Of a DNA stretch of 64,000 nucleotides, positions 22,736 to 36,739 are shown piece by piece. Every line of letters starts with the position of its first letter. Position 1 is the first letter of the stretch. Both the position numbers and the translations under genes were made by a program. Under the pieces are notes generated by a model. That model was given only the letters and a program-made list of their open reading frames with translations. It made no database searches and was not told where the DNA came from. Source of the stretch: Chrysemys picta bellii (Eukaryota); NCBI RefSeq assembly GCF_011386835.1, contig NC_088794.1:75516001-75580000 (forward strand), written 5' to 3'.

Positions 22736-25700
22736 CTGAAAACAGAAAGTAAGGTGGGGGAGAAATAATGCATAAAATGCAGAGAATTACCCAGTTCACT
22801 GATTGTTATTCAGTTAATAGTCAGATCATACATGGCATGAGGTTGTCCCAGGCCTGCAACATGACAAATGACAAACCACGTTATAACATATCTGATCCTG
22901 CCAAAATATAAATTGAGTTTGGGTGGCTAAAACACAGAGGCAGATCTGCATTGCCAGCCAAAGAGGCACTGAGCCCAGAATTAAGGAAATATGTTCCTTC
23001 CTTTCTCTGGTAGACTTCCCTGCTTCTGCATTCAGAGGGGAAAAAACCTCAATTTGAAGGGACATTTTCACTTTAAAGCTCTTTTTAAAAATCCCAGGCC
23101 TTGTTCACTATCTCATCTCCAATTTAAATTATTTATTCCAAAAGAATTTAAAATATCTGCTGGACTCTTTAATTTTCCTGCCATTTTGTGTATTATTTTG
23201 CTATTCATGCAGCTTGGAGAATGGGGAGTCCAAATGGAGAGGTCAATTTCACTTCTGGCTTCTAGTCCAGTTTATTTCCTAGTTTCACTTCACTAGCACA
23301 GTGCTGCTTTCATTGCAAGAGAAAACCGTTTTTTCCATTGATTTTTGTTTGTTTGAAATTTCATTTCATGATAACATTTCTAATTAGATAAGGGTTTTTA
23401 AATCATTTTTAATTACCTCTCCCTGCTACATTTTGAGATTTAATCTATCCTGACAGTGCCCTTCTAAGAAACCACAGCTTGAAATACCTTGGATAGTGAC
23501 TGCAGACTAATACAGTAACTCTACAGATCCCATCTCCCTTCCTCCACCATACTGTCTAAACTCTACAAATTGGAATCTAATGAGCTCATGATGCTGTCAG
23601 CGTGTCTCTTAACCAGTTGACAGACCTGATGGCTGTTTTCGTGGAGCCTGATAATAAGAAGTGAGAGAGCAGACTGGAGAGATGAGATGTGAAAGAAACA
23701 TAATGAGACCCTCTTTTTTCCTTTTTGGCCACAGAATATTCTTTCCCTTTTGTTCTGAGTGATAGAATTGCTTTGTTATTGCAACAAACCAGACATTGCT
23801 ATTAAGGAGCGGAACTCCCATCCATGCTACCTGGCTTCCTTTTCACACAGTTCCTTTTTGATTCAGTGTGTCTCATAATTTAATTATGAGGTCTGAATTA
23901 ACTCTCTGTAGGATTCAGTGGTAGTTCTGCCTCACTCAATTCTCCATGGCCTGATAAAGCCTGAGTCTCAGAAGCTTGCCTTTCTTCTTAATAATAGTTA
24001 GTTAGCCCAGCAAAAAGGGACCACCTACAGCTTCTTGATTTTTGTATTTAGCTGGAGAGCTAAATCGCTGTAGGCAAAATTCATCCCTGGTGTAATTCCA
24101 TAGCCTATTCCCTGCTCTGGACTCACAAACTCCTGGAAACTGCATCACAGTTTGGACTCCATAGTTAGTTGAAAGTCAGTTTGCATTCTAAGCCTGATTG
24201 TTGCCTACCTTCTTTCCATCTACAACAAAAAAGCAACTCCTGACATTTGGTGAGGTGGTGGTTTGTTTGGTAATTTTCCAGTCCAATAATATATGCGTGC
24301 ATTAAAATCATAATAATACTTAATTCTTATATAACACTTTTCATCCATAGGTCTCAAAGGGCTTTACAAAGATATGTATCATTACCCCCATTTTACAAAT
24401 GGGCAACTGAGGAGGTGGCGGGTCTTTTCCCGTGGTCCCAGAGCAAAAACAGTAGCCAAGAATTAAACTCAAGTCTCCTAACTCCCAGATGAGCAGACAA
24501 ACAACTGGACCATATTGGGTCCACTAAACACATAACTATACCTCTTTCTTGTACAGAGATATAGATATATGATGTATAGATTATCTGTGAACTGTATTTT
24601 ATGCAGCTTCCTAAGCAAATTGATTACAAAGGTATAATTATCTGATTTTGCCTGTCCCTGTTCACCACTATTCACTCTAAGCCAAGACTTTCCTCCTAAT
24701 TAAAACTGCTCAACTTTTGACATTCCAATTCAACACATCTCACCATCCACCATTAAAAAACAACAATGCAATTAGCTGTCCTAGAAAGCATCTCATTCCT
24801 AGTGAAAGCTGAACCCCTGAACAAATACCCTGAAATTTGGAAGGTTTAACAAATTTTATGTAAATCTCTTCGGTTTCCAAAATCAAGCTGGAAATCTCAT
24901 TTTCTTAAAGATTTCTAGTACATAGCGATAAATGGGATCTATATCAGTTTAGATTGTGCTGATAAATTTACCAATGCAACTGATATAAGCCAGGTTTAAA
25001 TCAATCTGAGTATCCACATACAACATTGTTAGTGTTTTTAACTAAACTGATATCAAATCACAGCTTTAATTACATTGGTACAACTAGACCAGACCCACAG
25101 GCCAGATTCTTCTCTTTTTACTCATGTTGAAATCAACAGGTCTATTTGCAGAGTAAAGCAGCATACGTAAGGGTTAGCAGACTCTGGCCCTTAAAGAATT
25201 GTAAACATCAGATTTCCTTTTCCCTGTGTCTGCTGCTTGCTCACTTCTTGCAGACACCGAAATGGGCTTTCCGTTGATTTATAACCAATTTAATTCACGT
25301 TCAGGTTCTCATGCACTAACACCGGGCTGCAAAGTTTGGGGAGTACACATGGCAGGGGAATTCGTGTGTCTGGCATTTTCAACCATTTCCTCCGGATTTA
25401 AAAAAAATAATGGAATCTCTTGTTCTTAGGTTTTGTACACTTTTTTTTTTTAATCTACATAAAGACTTGACAGTGTGTCTTTAGTAACTCTGGACTCCAG
25501 CTTGCTTTACACAGATGTCTCCTCACCCTGTGTAATAAAAGGCGAAAGGGATATTTTGCTTGGACACTTTAAAGTGGACATAAAAAGAGCAGCTAACATA
25601 TATTAAAGACCATTTTTGTCTTGATGAAGGCTAGATGGAGCCTTTAGAAGAGCACATAGATACTCTGCCCCAGCAGGAGCTCCAGGAAGGAACTGTGACT

Positions 25701-26289
25701 CAGAGAGGCATAATTGCTCCCCTGCTGCTATCCTCTTGCTTTTGGGGGCAGTATGTCACTTCATCCCTTTTTGGGACTCAGTTTACTCCCCCACTCAACC
25801 TTCACCATTACTTTCATAATTGAGGGGAGAGGAAGGAAGAGGGGAGGTGGGATTGATTGGTGGAGCTAAATGCAATAAATTAGAAGCTGGACCATTATGA
25901 ATCATGGCTAAAATATTTGTGGGGCAGTTAGTGGCTTGACTTTGCTAATAGAAGCACCCTTCAAAGGAGCAAGTCTGACTTGTAGCCAGCAGCTGTATTT
26001 CCGGAGAGTGTGAAACATGTCCAGGCAGAGACTTGAAGTGACTCAAAAAGAGGCTGAGTTGCAAAACTCCCCATGCAAAATATTTATCTGAAACATGAAA
26101 ACAAGAACAAGCAAACAAACAATGGGCTAATTTATAAGGTTTTCATGATGGAAGAAAAGGCCATTAGATCCAGGCACAAACTGCACATAAGAAACCAGCT
26201 CCAGGTCATGGAAACTGTGAGCAAGAAAGAGCAATGTTATTAAAGAGTGCAAATGGCAGGGGGAAAGGTGTCAGAAAGTGGGTGGGAGT

Positions 26290-26395
26290 AACTGGTTGAC
26301 TTAGGAGCATGTCAGTGTAGTGTGGAACTTTTCACCTCTCAGTCACTGGTTCGAGTCCAGTCCTGTTTGGCGCTAGTGAGCTGGGATCTGATTTT
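26290..26395 (+). mobile_element. LF-SINE-like tRNA-derived SINE head
   Basis: TTTCACCTCTCAGTCACTGGTTCGAGTCCAG with Pol III B-box GGTTCGAGTCC (26348-26358); homologous to the head of the 60.8 kb element. Confidence 0.6.
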
Positions 26396-28104
26396 TAAGA
26401 GATCTTCAACCTAGCCTTTGCTATTGTGGGTATGTTTCCAGGTCTATCTACCTGGTCTGCAGGTTCAGTAAGGTACTTAGATGTGTGCATCCTTTTTATT
26501 TGCACTCGTGGTTATTAGTAAGCACATAAATGCACCTGTAATGTTGGGGGACATTATGGTTCATAAGGCCATTATCATCTGATGGTTGTTCAGTACCCAG
26601 CAGAAATGAAGGGATCCAGCCTGGCATCCCCAGCTCACTATGTACTAATGACCCCTTTGTGAACTGTCTCATTAGAGAGCCCAAAGACTCACTCGAGGCT
26701 CTCACCCCTCGGGTGGTTAACACAAGCCTCCGCAGGATCCACACAGCTATTTTCAGCACACTAACACGAGCCCCACTAATACAAGTGTGTGCACCAGAGC
26801 TGGAGGGCTCACTCCACCTGCACTGTAGACGTGCCTATCAAGGCTATTGCAGAATGGGGTTCAGTTTAGTTTGTCCTGGGAGCTGAATTGCTGAATAGGA
26901 GAGTCTGGTCCTGTGGAAAATGCAGGCCTTTGTTCTTAACCTCTTTTTGCCTCTGTAAAAATGATACTCATATTCCCACTTATATACCATATATCACACA
27001 GGATGGCCCAGGGATGAATCTGGGCCTTTGCACTGTAGCAGCTCCATGGCTAATCTTCAGGGCTGTCAACCTTTCATTAGTACCCAATGCACTCGTCTTG
27101 CTGTGGATTCATTTGCAAAGTCCTGAGGAATGCTCCCTGGCTGTCATCCTCCGACATCATTTCTCTTTCCTTCCTGCCTAGGATACTTTTCTTCCTTGTT
27201 TCAAATAGACTTATTTCATCTTCACCTTTCCAAAAAGGCAGCTGCCCCCTCCCACCGAGCGACCTGCTTGTGCTGCCCAGCATGGAGTGTGGCAGAGGAA
27301 CTGAAACAGTTTATTAATCACATCGCCTTGACAGAAGAGTGTCTGTTTTTCCCATCACTGGGATGGTCGGGGCATACGTATGACTCACCCATCCGCCTCC
27401 TTGCCAAACCTCAAATGCAATTCTATCCCAAACTGCAGGACCTCAGAGAACGAGGTGATAAAGTCCCACAAGAAATTATTTTATTACTACTCGGGAAGGT
27501 TCACATCTGAGGGGCTGACAGAACTATTGTTTGCAATTCAATGAAAACACAAGCATCCAAAGTTTAGCTTTCACTGCACCCTTCCGAAGAGCTGGAAACC
27601 TCTCCAGAGAGGGGTGCAGTCTCTCTTTGCACACTCTGCACCCCCCCACCCCAAAATAGTTTCATGGTATTGCTTTAAATTTTAAAAAAAATAAGCTTAA
27701 AAGTTTAAAAGGGTTTGCACAGACAATAAGGTCTTACTGAAATAAGGGAGAGGTGAATGGGAGAGAGAGCAAATCTAAATCACAGTCTGAGGGCTGGGAG
27801 AGCATGTAGCTCTTGGGGGCTGACAATGGGATATGGGCCTGATTTCACTCTCGTCAAGTCTTGACACTGACTTCAGTGACAGTTGGAGTGAGCCAAAAAA
27901 GCACCAGCTTTTCATCGCTAGATCACTGGCAACCCGGTCATAGATCAGGGGCAACCAGACTAGTTCCAGGTTGTAGGGGGAGGGAAATGGATGGTTCTAG
28001 GGCATTGGGAGTGAGATACAAAACCTTCCACATAAACATTCAAAAAGTGTTAGGCACCTAAATCCCATTTAAAATCAATGGGATTTAGGCTCCTAAGTGA
28101 CCAA

Positions 28105-28455
28105 GGGCTTGTCTACATGGAAAGTTATACGGGTATAAGCTAAGGTTAGTTATAGCACTACAATTCCCCATGGACACTCTCATTCCCATATAAGAGTGTG
28201 TTTTTTCGGTAGTACCAGTATACTATACCAGCAAGGTATACAAGGGCGTCTGCAATTTATACCAGCAGAGCTGTGATTTTGCTGGCATAGCTTATTCGAC
28301 ACCCACCCACCCCCCCTCAAACAAAACAAACTATACTTCTGGAGGTATAATTGCATCTATGTTGGGGGCTTTTGCCAGCACAACTGTGTTGGTAAGGGAT
28401 CAAATCTCATCTCAATATAGCCATGCCAGTGGAAGATTATAGTGTAGACCTAGCC
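28105..28455. mobile_element. PIF/Harbinger-like MITE
   Basis: GGGCTTGTCTACA ... TGTAGACCTAGCC termini flanked by CAA / TAA. Confidence 0.7.
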
Positions 28456-28486
28456 TAAGGTACATTTGAAAATGTTACCCTGCACC

Positions 28487-29014
28487 CAGGTCTGGTGCAA
28501 GGAAGTTTCGTGCCCTAGGCAAAACTTCCACCTTGTGCCCGCCCCCCAGCCCTGTGGCAGCTCCCCCCCCCCCCACCCTGAGGCGCCCCCCCGCGACAGC
28601 TTCCCCCCTGCCCTGAGGCACCCCCCCCCTTGCAGCAGCTCCCACCCAGGCCCGGGGAGCCATGCGGCAGCTCCCACCCCGCCCTGAGGCACCCCCCCCG
28701 CGGCAGCTCCCCGGCCCGGGGATCCATGCGGCAGCTCTGACCCAGGGGTTCCCCTGGGCTGCCAGTGGCGCGCTGATCCAGGGGTTCCCCTGCACTGCCG
28801 GCAGTGCGCTGACCTGGGGAACCCCTGGGCTGTCGGTGGCGCACTGACCCTGGGGAATCCTTGGGCTGCCTGCCAGCAGCTCAGACTCCCTCTCCCTCCC
28901 AGCGCAGCGGCCGCTGTAAAAAAAAAAAAAATTGGGGGCACCACTTTTTGGCACCCCCAAATCTTGGCGCCCTAGGCAACCGCCTAGTTGGCCTAAATGG
29001 TAGCACTGGCCCTG
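28487..29014. mobile_element. GC-rich hAT non-autonomous element with internal tandem repeats
   Basis: Termini CAGGTCTGGTGC / GCACTGGCCCTG; perfect TSD CCTGCACC (28479-28486, 29015-29022); repeated GGCAGCTCCC...CCCTGAGGC units. Confidence 0.9.
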
Positions 29015-31922
29015 CCTGCACCTTTAAGTTATTACCTGCAACCAGATCCAGGTTAGCATGGACTGGATGTCAGAAGAGAATGGAAAACTGGGGTACAGAG
29101 ACTTTCCCTCATAGGTCAATGGCTCCATACTAGCCATGGTTTGTCAGGGACTGGATGACTCCGGGGGATTCGGAATGAGATATACAGTTTTTCATCTCAA
29201 ACTAGTTAGTTCATTTAAGCCTGATTTTCAAAATACACATCCACACTTTTCCCCCCAGTAACTAAAGAGAAAAGAGGGCAATGCCCCACTTCCCATACTC
29301 TTTATACAAAAATGATACATTAATGCTGTCCAAAACTCACAAAAAGAGAGAGAATCCTATGGCACTGCTGGATCCAACAATCAGATGGTCCCCAAGAGAA
29401 AGGAAGAGAGTATAAACACATTCTTATTATTGTTTGAATTACTACAATTTCAAATCCTACAAGCTACTTCTGCTTTCTCATGGCTCACTTTCTCCAGCTG
29501 TAAAATCTAAATAGTGATACTTACCCTCATTCCTAGTCTACGCTTTGAGATCTAGGGATGAAATTGCTAGATAACAGCTAATGCCTAGATCCTATTGAAA
29601 TCTGTGGAGGTTATGAGACAAAATATATTTGTGGATCCAGATCTAAATTGTTAAAATATTAATAAGAAACATTCCTGCAAATATCTTGATGTCACTTTTC
29701 AGGTAGCAACATCCTCAAATATACTGGACATAAGGTGAAGTTGTCAAGATAAAATAGTTAATTTATAAAAACCTAATCCCACATTTTAAAAAAACTAAAA
29801 TCCATGTTACTAATCACAGTTTGGGCACTACCAGTCTTAATAATTAAGCATTAATTACAAATGAAATACTTCAACAGAAATAAATTATTTTGGACTTTTT
29901 TTGTATGCTGTAATTTTTTGACCTTCCTTTATTTTTGCCAATGATAAAAGACTGGTCAAGTTCACTTTTGCTTACATTCAGTTTCCTTAGTACATTGTTG
30001 CAAAATTTATGTTCCAAACACTCCAGGGGACTATGGAAATCCATTTTAAAAAACTGTTTTCATTAATGTTAAACAAATCTCAAGTTATTTCTATTTTAAT
30101 AATGGGCTGCACCTAATCTGGAGGCCTAAATTACATGAGTTTTCCCTTTAAGTAATTATGTCCAGAATTCTGACAATTGTGCTGTGCAAATTGAAAGTGT
30201 TTTATAATTAAAAGTAAGCTTGAACAGATATACTCCCTTTACATCCCTTTCGATGTTTATATAACCAATTCATGTTAGACAGGAAAAATATGACCCTTTT
30301 TATTTTATTTTCTTCTTACGCTATGATACTCATTAACAACTGTTCTCTTGTATGGAGAAAGCTTGTGTCTGAATTTCAAGGAGCAATTTTTAAAAGCTTT
30401 TCACATTAAACAATGTTCCCTAGTGTAATACCTTTGAAATGAGTTTTTCTCATTACAAAAAAAAATAGCACTGACAGAGGTGAAACCCAACAAGTGGTGA
30501 TACATTTTCTTTCCCTTTCAGGTCTGTGCTCATTGGTTTTAAATCTGCTTTATTTTTTAATTCCATTGTACTTTCAGTCTTGATAATATTGCAATCAGTC
30601 TCTGGTCCCCATCCTGTAGGTGTTGTGGGCTGAACTGACATTAAAGTCTATGAGAGCTCTGAGCACACGCAGCAGCTATATAATTTATCAGTTGTAAACA
30701 AGAGAGAATCCTGGCTTCACTGAAGTGAATAGCAAAACTTTCCCACTGACTGTAACAGGCCCAGGATTTCAGTCATTGTCTAGTGGTCTGAGCACAAGCC
30801 TGGGAGTCAGGAACAATAGCATTCCAACACCGACCCTAAAACTAATTCTTATTGATTTTGGGTACATCACTGAAGCCCTCTTGGGACCCTGGGTATGTAC
30901 TCAAGTGCCTAGTCCCTGCTGCTGCACTAGCTAGATCAAAGCTAACTTGGGTACGTTTGTGTGTGTTCCAGTCACACTGCTGAATGCAATGTCAACATAG
31001 CCACAGAGCACTAATTTTGGATGCCTTGTATTTTGGGTGCCCCATTTGAGAGATCTAGGGACCTGATTTTAAAGGTGCTACACATCTGCAGCCCCAGTGG
31101 ATTGCAGCCGTAGTAGTTGGTGCTCGGCACCTCTGAAAATCAAGCCCCTTCAAAATATCTCAAGTTGGGCACTCAGAAAGTGAGGCAACCAAAATCATGA
31201 ATCGCTGCTGAAAATGAAGGTCTTTGTTTTACCCTCTTTTTGCCTCAGTTTCCATGTTGTACAAATGATTCTCATAATACCCAGCTTCCTACAGATGTTG
31301 TAAGGATGAAGACAATAATGTCAACTTTAAAAATTATACTCCTCTCTGAAATGTTTGTACTTCTTGTAATTCTTGGAAACAACTAAGATAGCTGAGCGGG
31401 AAAAATATTTTCCTGTTCTATTCAGTTTGATTACTTTGTGCATTGGACAACAACTTTATGAGGACTCAGAGTCATTGTTTCCCCTGTTAGCATGTTTTCC
31501 CTGCTATTTGTGTGGCATTTCACACAGAAATAATGGAGGGAAGGAAAACAAAGAGAAAGTGCTTGTACATAAACCACAAAAATTGGCAGGGGAATTCAGG
31601 GACAAGTGCTGATACTGCTTTTAATTCTTTTTTAGGCATTGCTTAGATTCCTGGCTAACATTGTCCCCTTAGATAGTGAATATTTATAAAGACAAAAAGT
31701 GCTGTAAGTGTTATTAAATGATATTTTTGTCATTTTTTTAAGCGCTGAAGCTATTTTTAGTTCCAGATGCAGAAGTATATTTGAAGTGGACTAAACTACC
31801 CACAAAAATACTTTCCATTTAAGTACTGTAGTTTTTTTAAGTATTGAATAAATTATTTAGTATAAATACAACTGCCTGCTGCTGGATCAGGTCTGATCAA
31901 CTGTGTTTTATAAGCCCTACAC

Positions 31923-32098
31923 CAGTGGTTCTTAACCTGTTTAACCATTGTGGGCCACATATGCAACTCTCTGTGTTATGTGGGCCTCATCCACACAATA
32001 TGTATACTACCTATATGTCCCTCAGGATGTCACATGGGCCGCAGCTGTGTGCTGATTGGGCTGCAAACAGCCCACAGGCGGTGGGTTGAGAACCACTG
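31923..32098. mobile_element. hAT (Charlie/Buster-type) MITE
   Basis: CAGTGGTTCTTAACC ... GGTTGAGAACCACTG; TSD CCCTACAC / CTCTACAC (7/8). Confidence 0.88.
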
Positions 32099-35000
32099 CT
32101 CTACACTGATAACAGGTAGTGGAGAGTCTACTGTAGTTCAAGAAGTGGGGCCTGTTTTGATGCAAGAGGCTCTGAGTACTGCAATGAAGTACTGAGTGGC
32201 CCAGATGGGCAGCAAAGTGACAACTGTGAAGTTCCTGGATGGCTGCAGAATTGACGGTATATTAAATACCAATTCCAAGCACCAGCCAGTCATACCCTTT
32301 ATAAACACAGGAACTTTGCTTCTTAGCAAGAATACAACAACAAAAACCTCCCATAAGCTTTTCCTCTGTAGAAAGGAAAAGAAAGATTGTTAGTGGGGGA
32401 ACAAATGACTTTTCAGGTCTTTGTCCTGTCATAAACAGGAATTTCAAAATGGTTTTGAAGTTTGTTTCACTATATGAATGGCCTTGCCTGACCCATCCTA
32501 AAAAGCAACTCTGAAAATACCTCCATGTAACTAAAAACAAGGCCAAGTAAAAGTCTGACAAAAGTGAGGTTGTTTGAAAAAGTCTGAGAGTAACTTGGTA
32601 TGTGCTGGGGCTGGAAGTTGGCCATCTAGGTGGTATGATGGCACGAACAGCACATAACAAGAATATTTCTAGGGTTTTCTGGTGCTTGATCTTCATTGCT
32701 GACGTGACACCATATGAGTGGTCAGCAGAACTCTGAGCACAAAAAAGTCCATGTTGTACTCGTTCTAATTCCAACATGGCAACACCAGCCTTACAAATCC
32801 CCCTTGTACAATAAATACTGCAGTGTTCTACAGGCCACCTCATCCCAGCAGGTATTTCTACTGCCATTTTGGGGACTCTAATTTATAGGCAGCCATGAAA
32901 GGCACTAGGGGGTTGATATTTGCCCCAGCCGCAGCTCTCAGTTCCTTGCTCCCCACATTTCAACAGCACCTTTTTTTCCCCAAAGGCAATTTTTATCACA
33001 CCCACCATTGCCCCATATTGACAACTTTCTCCCTTCTTCATTGCCTTATACTGAGCCCACCCAAATTCCCTCTTCCCCTTCAGGGCAGGCTGGTTGGGTC
33101 ACTGGCCAGAATGCTATGCTACAAGTACAGACCACAGCAAACCTTGTTCAGATCCCAAGCATCTCGAGCACCTTCCTCTTCAACCCACACCTCCCCACGC
33201 CCTGGAAACCTCAAACCCCACCTCCTCAATGCAAGTTTTTGACCAGTCAGGCCAAAATACAGGCCATAAACCAGAATGAGCGGGATGCTTTCAGCCTCTA
33301 AAGCACTCTGGGCCAATCTGCCCCAACCCTGCCCCCCTCTCAGCTTCCCCTGTGTAGTTTTGGCATTATTATCTTGCTGTAGTTAGTTTGCTATCATGAG
33401 TTTGTTTGAGACGGGCCTGTGACTGGGTAAAACAGCCAGGAAAGGGTTAAGGGCTACCTGCCTGTCACATGAGCTAGCAAGGGATTTAAGGGAAAGGTGT
33501 GGCTTCCTTCTACCACTGAGAGGAAAGGTGAAAGGCCTCTGAGGACTACAGGCCACGCTGGGCAGGGGAATTGCTTTGTTTGGTGTTACTCCTGAGTTTT
33601 TGTGTTTGATCAATGAACTGTGCTGAGAGGCAAGGGCCTGAAATGGACTTGGGCAGGACACTGTTTCTTTCCTGACCTGGAGGGAGAGCCCACCAGCACA
33701 TGGAGCCCAAGCCTACAGAGCTCAGATCTTTATTAGGATATCGAGCTGAACTTTCCCAAAGTATGGAGTGTGTTGATCCTTTCCATTCTACAGAGAAGGG
33801 CAAGCCCCAAAGTTCAAATCCATCTCCAAACAGCCCCAGCATCTGTGGGTGTTTGGAGAAAGGATTTTGGACTGAACTAGTCTCTAGTCTTTATTATGAA
33901 TTCTTGTCCATCACCCTGAGCACCTCAGCAGGTTTACTTACAAATAACGTTCCTTGCAATTACATGCAGAAATATCGGGAAAATCCATGAGGCTCCCATC
34001 CCAGAATTTCTTCTGAATTTTTCCCATGGGGATGTGGGATTTACCCCACTCTCCACAATGGACATGGGGTTCGCTCCCTAAACTAGAGCATCTATATTGC
34101 TTCTATGGCCCCTGACCCCATCTCCCTCTAATATATCCATATGGCAAGACCTCCCCTGGTGGCTGCTGCTCCTGGAAACTCGGAATGTTGGGGTTCCATC
34201 TCACATAGGAGACAGCACCCAAAGTAATACTGACACTGGCAGTATTAAGGTGCGGGTCCTTGTGGGTTTGGTGGATGGACAATGTACAGGGCACTGATGA
34301 GCTGGGAATCCTGCAAGCCTCTTGTTACCAGGTCTGGCCCTTGGGGTCCTATAAAAGATAATCCCAGCTTTCATTTAGAATGAAAGTCTCTAGCCCTTTG
34401 TCCTTGTGAAGAGTCTAAAAATACGTAAACTGAGGTAACCCAGTCACCAAGATTGAATGCATCTGGATGTATCTTGAATGCATTTGGGGTCCACTTCTGC
34501 AGCAAGAGACTAAAGGACCTCAGCATACGCACACCCTTTTTAGGAAATACGAATCAGCTATGCTTCAGGTTTATTCCAAAACCCAACTCCCTAATTTTAC
34601 CCCACCCTGTCCCCAAATCCCCACAAGCCCTGTACAGTAGGGTGTGATAATCATGGACAGTAATTGGTTACTTCCCTGGGGAGGTGGCAAACATTGTTTC
34701 TGAACCTGCCCCCAAATGTGAAGGCTGCTCTGCTCTTTAAAATGGTCCATCTTTTCTGAGTGACCCTGCTGTATGGGGAACTCCCTTCTTGCATCCCCCA
34801 CCAAATCCTCTAGGTGTATGTGGGGAAATCACCACATAGTCCCTGCACTCCTCCCTGCCACCAGCTATAGCAGTGCAAGAGGAGGAGCAGGAGAGGAGAT
34901 AGGGCCAAGGTGCTGCTGCATTGAGAGGGAGTCCTATAACCACCGTAGCTCACCTCTTGCCATGCTGGTGTCTACCTTCCCAGCATCTGAAGAACTAGTA

Positions 35001-35824
35001 CCAGCAGGGAACCTGGAGGCCCATTCCTCCAATCACCAGCCAAGGAAAACCCATTCCACCACCATCATCAGCCTGGTAAAGACCTGCTCCTCCTCCCACC
35101 TCTGAGGCTTTCAGCAGTCAGGAGAGACCTGCCCACCTCCAGTTCCAAAAAGGCACTCATCCACCACTGACCACCCAGCCCAACACCTAAGGGGGATTTA
35201 CTCCCCACTAGAACAACCATCCCAAAGCTAGAGGCTGTGGGGTTATTCTTTTGCCAACAGCAGAGGTTGTGGGATGGACGGACCCACCTGCCATCACTGC
35301 TGCTAGGGTAAGGAACAGCTGCTGGTAGCAGAGACACATCAGGTAGAGGGGAGAGTGAAGCATGATAAGTTGTGGACTGCGGGTTTGAGACAAAAGGTTG
35401 ATGCATTTGGGAGGGAGAGCAATGGAAAGAATTAATGGGTTTAGTGGAGTGGGAGGCAGAGTATTTTTCCCAGGGAATGTTCACTCGTATCACTGAGTCA
35501 GAACCTTTTGGAGGGAGGTTGTTAACATTTTGGAAGCACATGACCTGCATAGAAAGTGCCCATCCTCCACCCAGGGCCTACCTGGGAGACAAGAATAAAC
35601 CTGCGACAGAGGGAAGCCACTCTGTTTATGTCCCCTCTCCCCACCGAGACTGGGGAGGATCCTGAGCCATTATCATAAATACTGTGTTATTTATAGCTAT
35701 TGAAAGCTGCATTGTCTGGGTCACTGGAGTGTTTACTTGACATTTACAGTCATTAGTTTTTTAAAGAGATACTTACCTTACTGGGAATTCCGATATCATG
35801 GGTCTCTCACAACTGAAATGTGAG

Positions 35825-35937
35825 CAGTGTTTCTCTATCTTTTTGATACCAGGGACCAGCATGCTGCCTTCCTAAACTATGTCAGGGATCTCTCAGGGAC
35901 CAGCACTGGTCTACGGACCGGTCGTTGAGAAACACTG
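35825..35937. mobile_element. Short hAT-like MITE
   Basis: Perfect 11-bp TIR CAGTGTTTCTC / GAGAAACACTG; no matching TSD found. Confidence 0.6.
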
Positions 35938-36739
35938 GTTTAGAGGCACCTTATCTGAGTCCTCTGCTTGTTTCTAATGAGTAACACTCCTCACAGAGCA
36001 GCACAAAGAGCTGACATTAGGAGCCAGTGTTTATAAGTAGCTAGAGCCGTATTCACGTGTAAACAATGCACATTCTTAGGAATAATCATAGTAAATGTGT
36101 GCTTCTATCGAAATGCTCATTGTTAACCTTATCAAGAGGGAACTGGGTATGCTGGTTCAGCAGAAAGTGGAATCAGAATTTGCTATAAAAAGATCATCCA
36201 GCTTTAACAAGGTTTCCCCTTTGCAACACTAATACTGGCAGAACTTAAGCTCAGGTCGGAAACAATGTGTGGCTTTTGTTTTCCTTCTTTCCCTCTTGTG
36301 TTTTTTTTTTTTTCCCTTGGTGTTGGAGCTGGAGAGGAAAGTCTCTCTGTTGCCAAGACAAACAAATTACACTTTACAAATCATAGATTTAAATGCCCCT
36401 TTTATCATTATTTCCTTAGCACGGAGTGTTAAGAAAATAAAGCACTAAGTAGATGAAGTGATTGCAGCCCCTTCTCTTGATGGCCATTGGCCAATAAATT
36501 CAGCCAGTTTCCCTTTTAAGTCTGTTAAATGTCTCGGGAAATTATCCTGGATGTTTCTCCCTGGTGCCAGCAATCAATCAATCAATAAATAAATAATAAA
36601 TAAGCCCCTTCTATTATTAACATCCCTTCGGATCTCTCCACTTCTCAGGACAGCAGCAAGAGATCAAAGCCCCCTGACCACAGTAAAGGGAAGGGAAGCA
36701 TTCAGCCTTGTATAGAATGCACTCGCTTACTTACAGTAC

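Noticed and set aside
26330-26370. Possible tRNA gene (B-box GGTTCGAGTCC)
   Set aside because: No cloverleaf or clear A-box; context matches a SINE head.
28550-28860. CRISPR-like repeat array
   Set aside because: Eukaryotic context, units are degenerate tandem repeats inside a hAT element, no unique spacers and no cas genes.
28450-28960. Overlapping 100-206 aa ORFs here and at 18027-18517, 47866-48574 and 57319-57827
   Set aside because: All lie inside GC-rich hAT MITEs with TSDs; the open frames reflect scarcity of stop codons.
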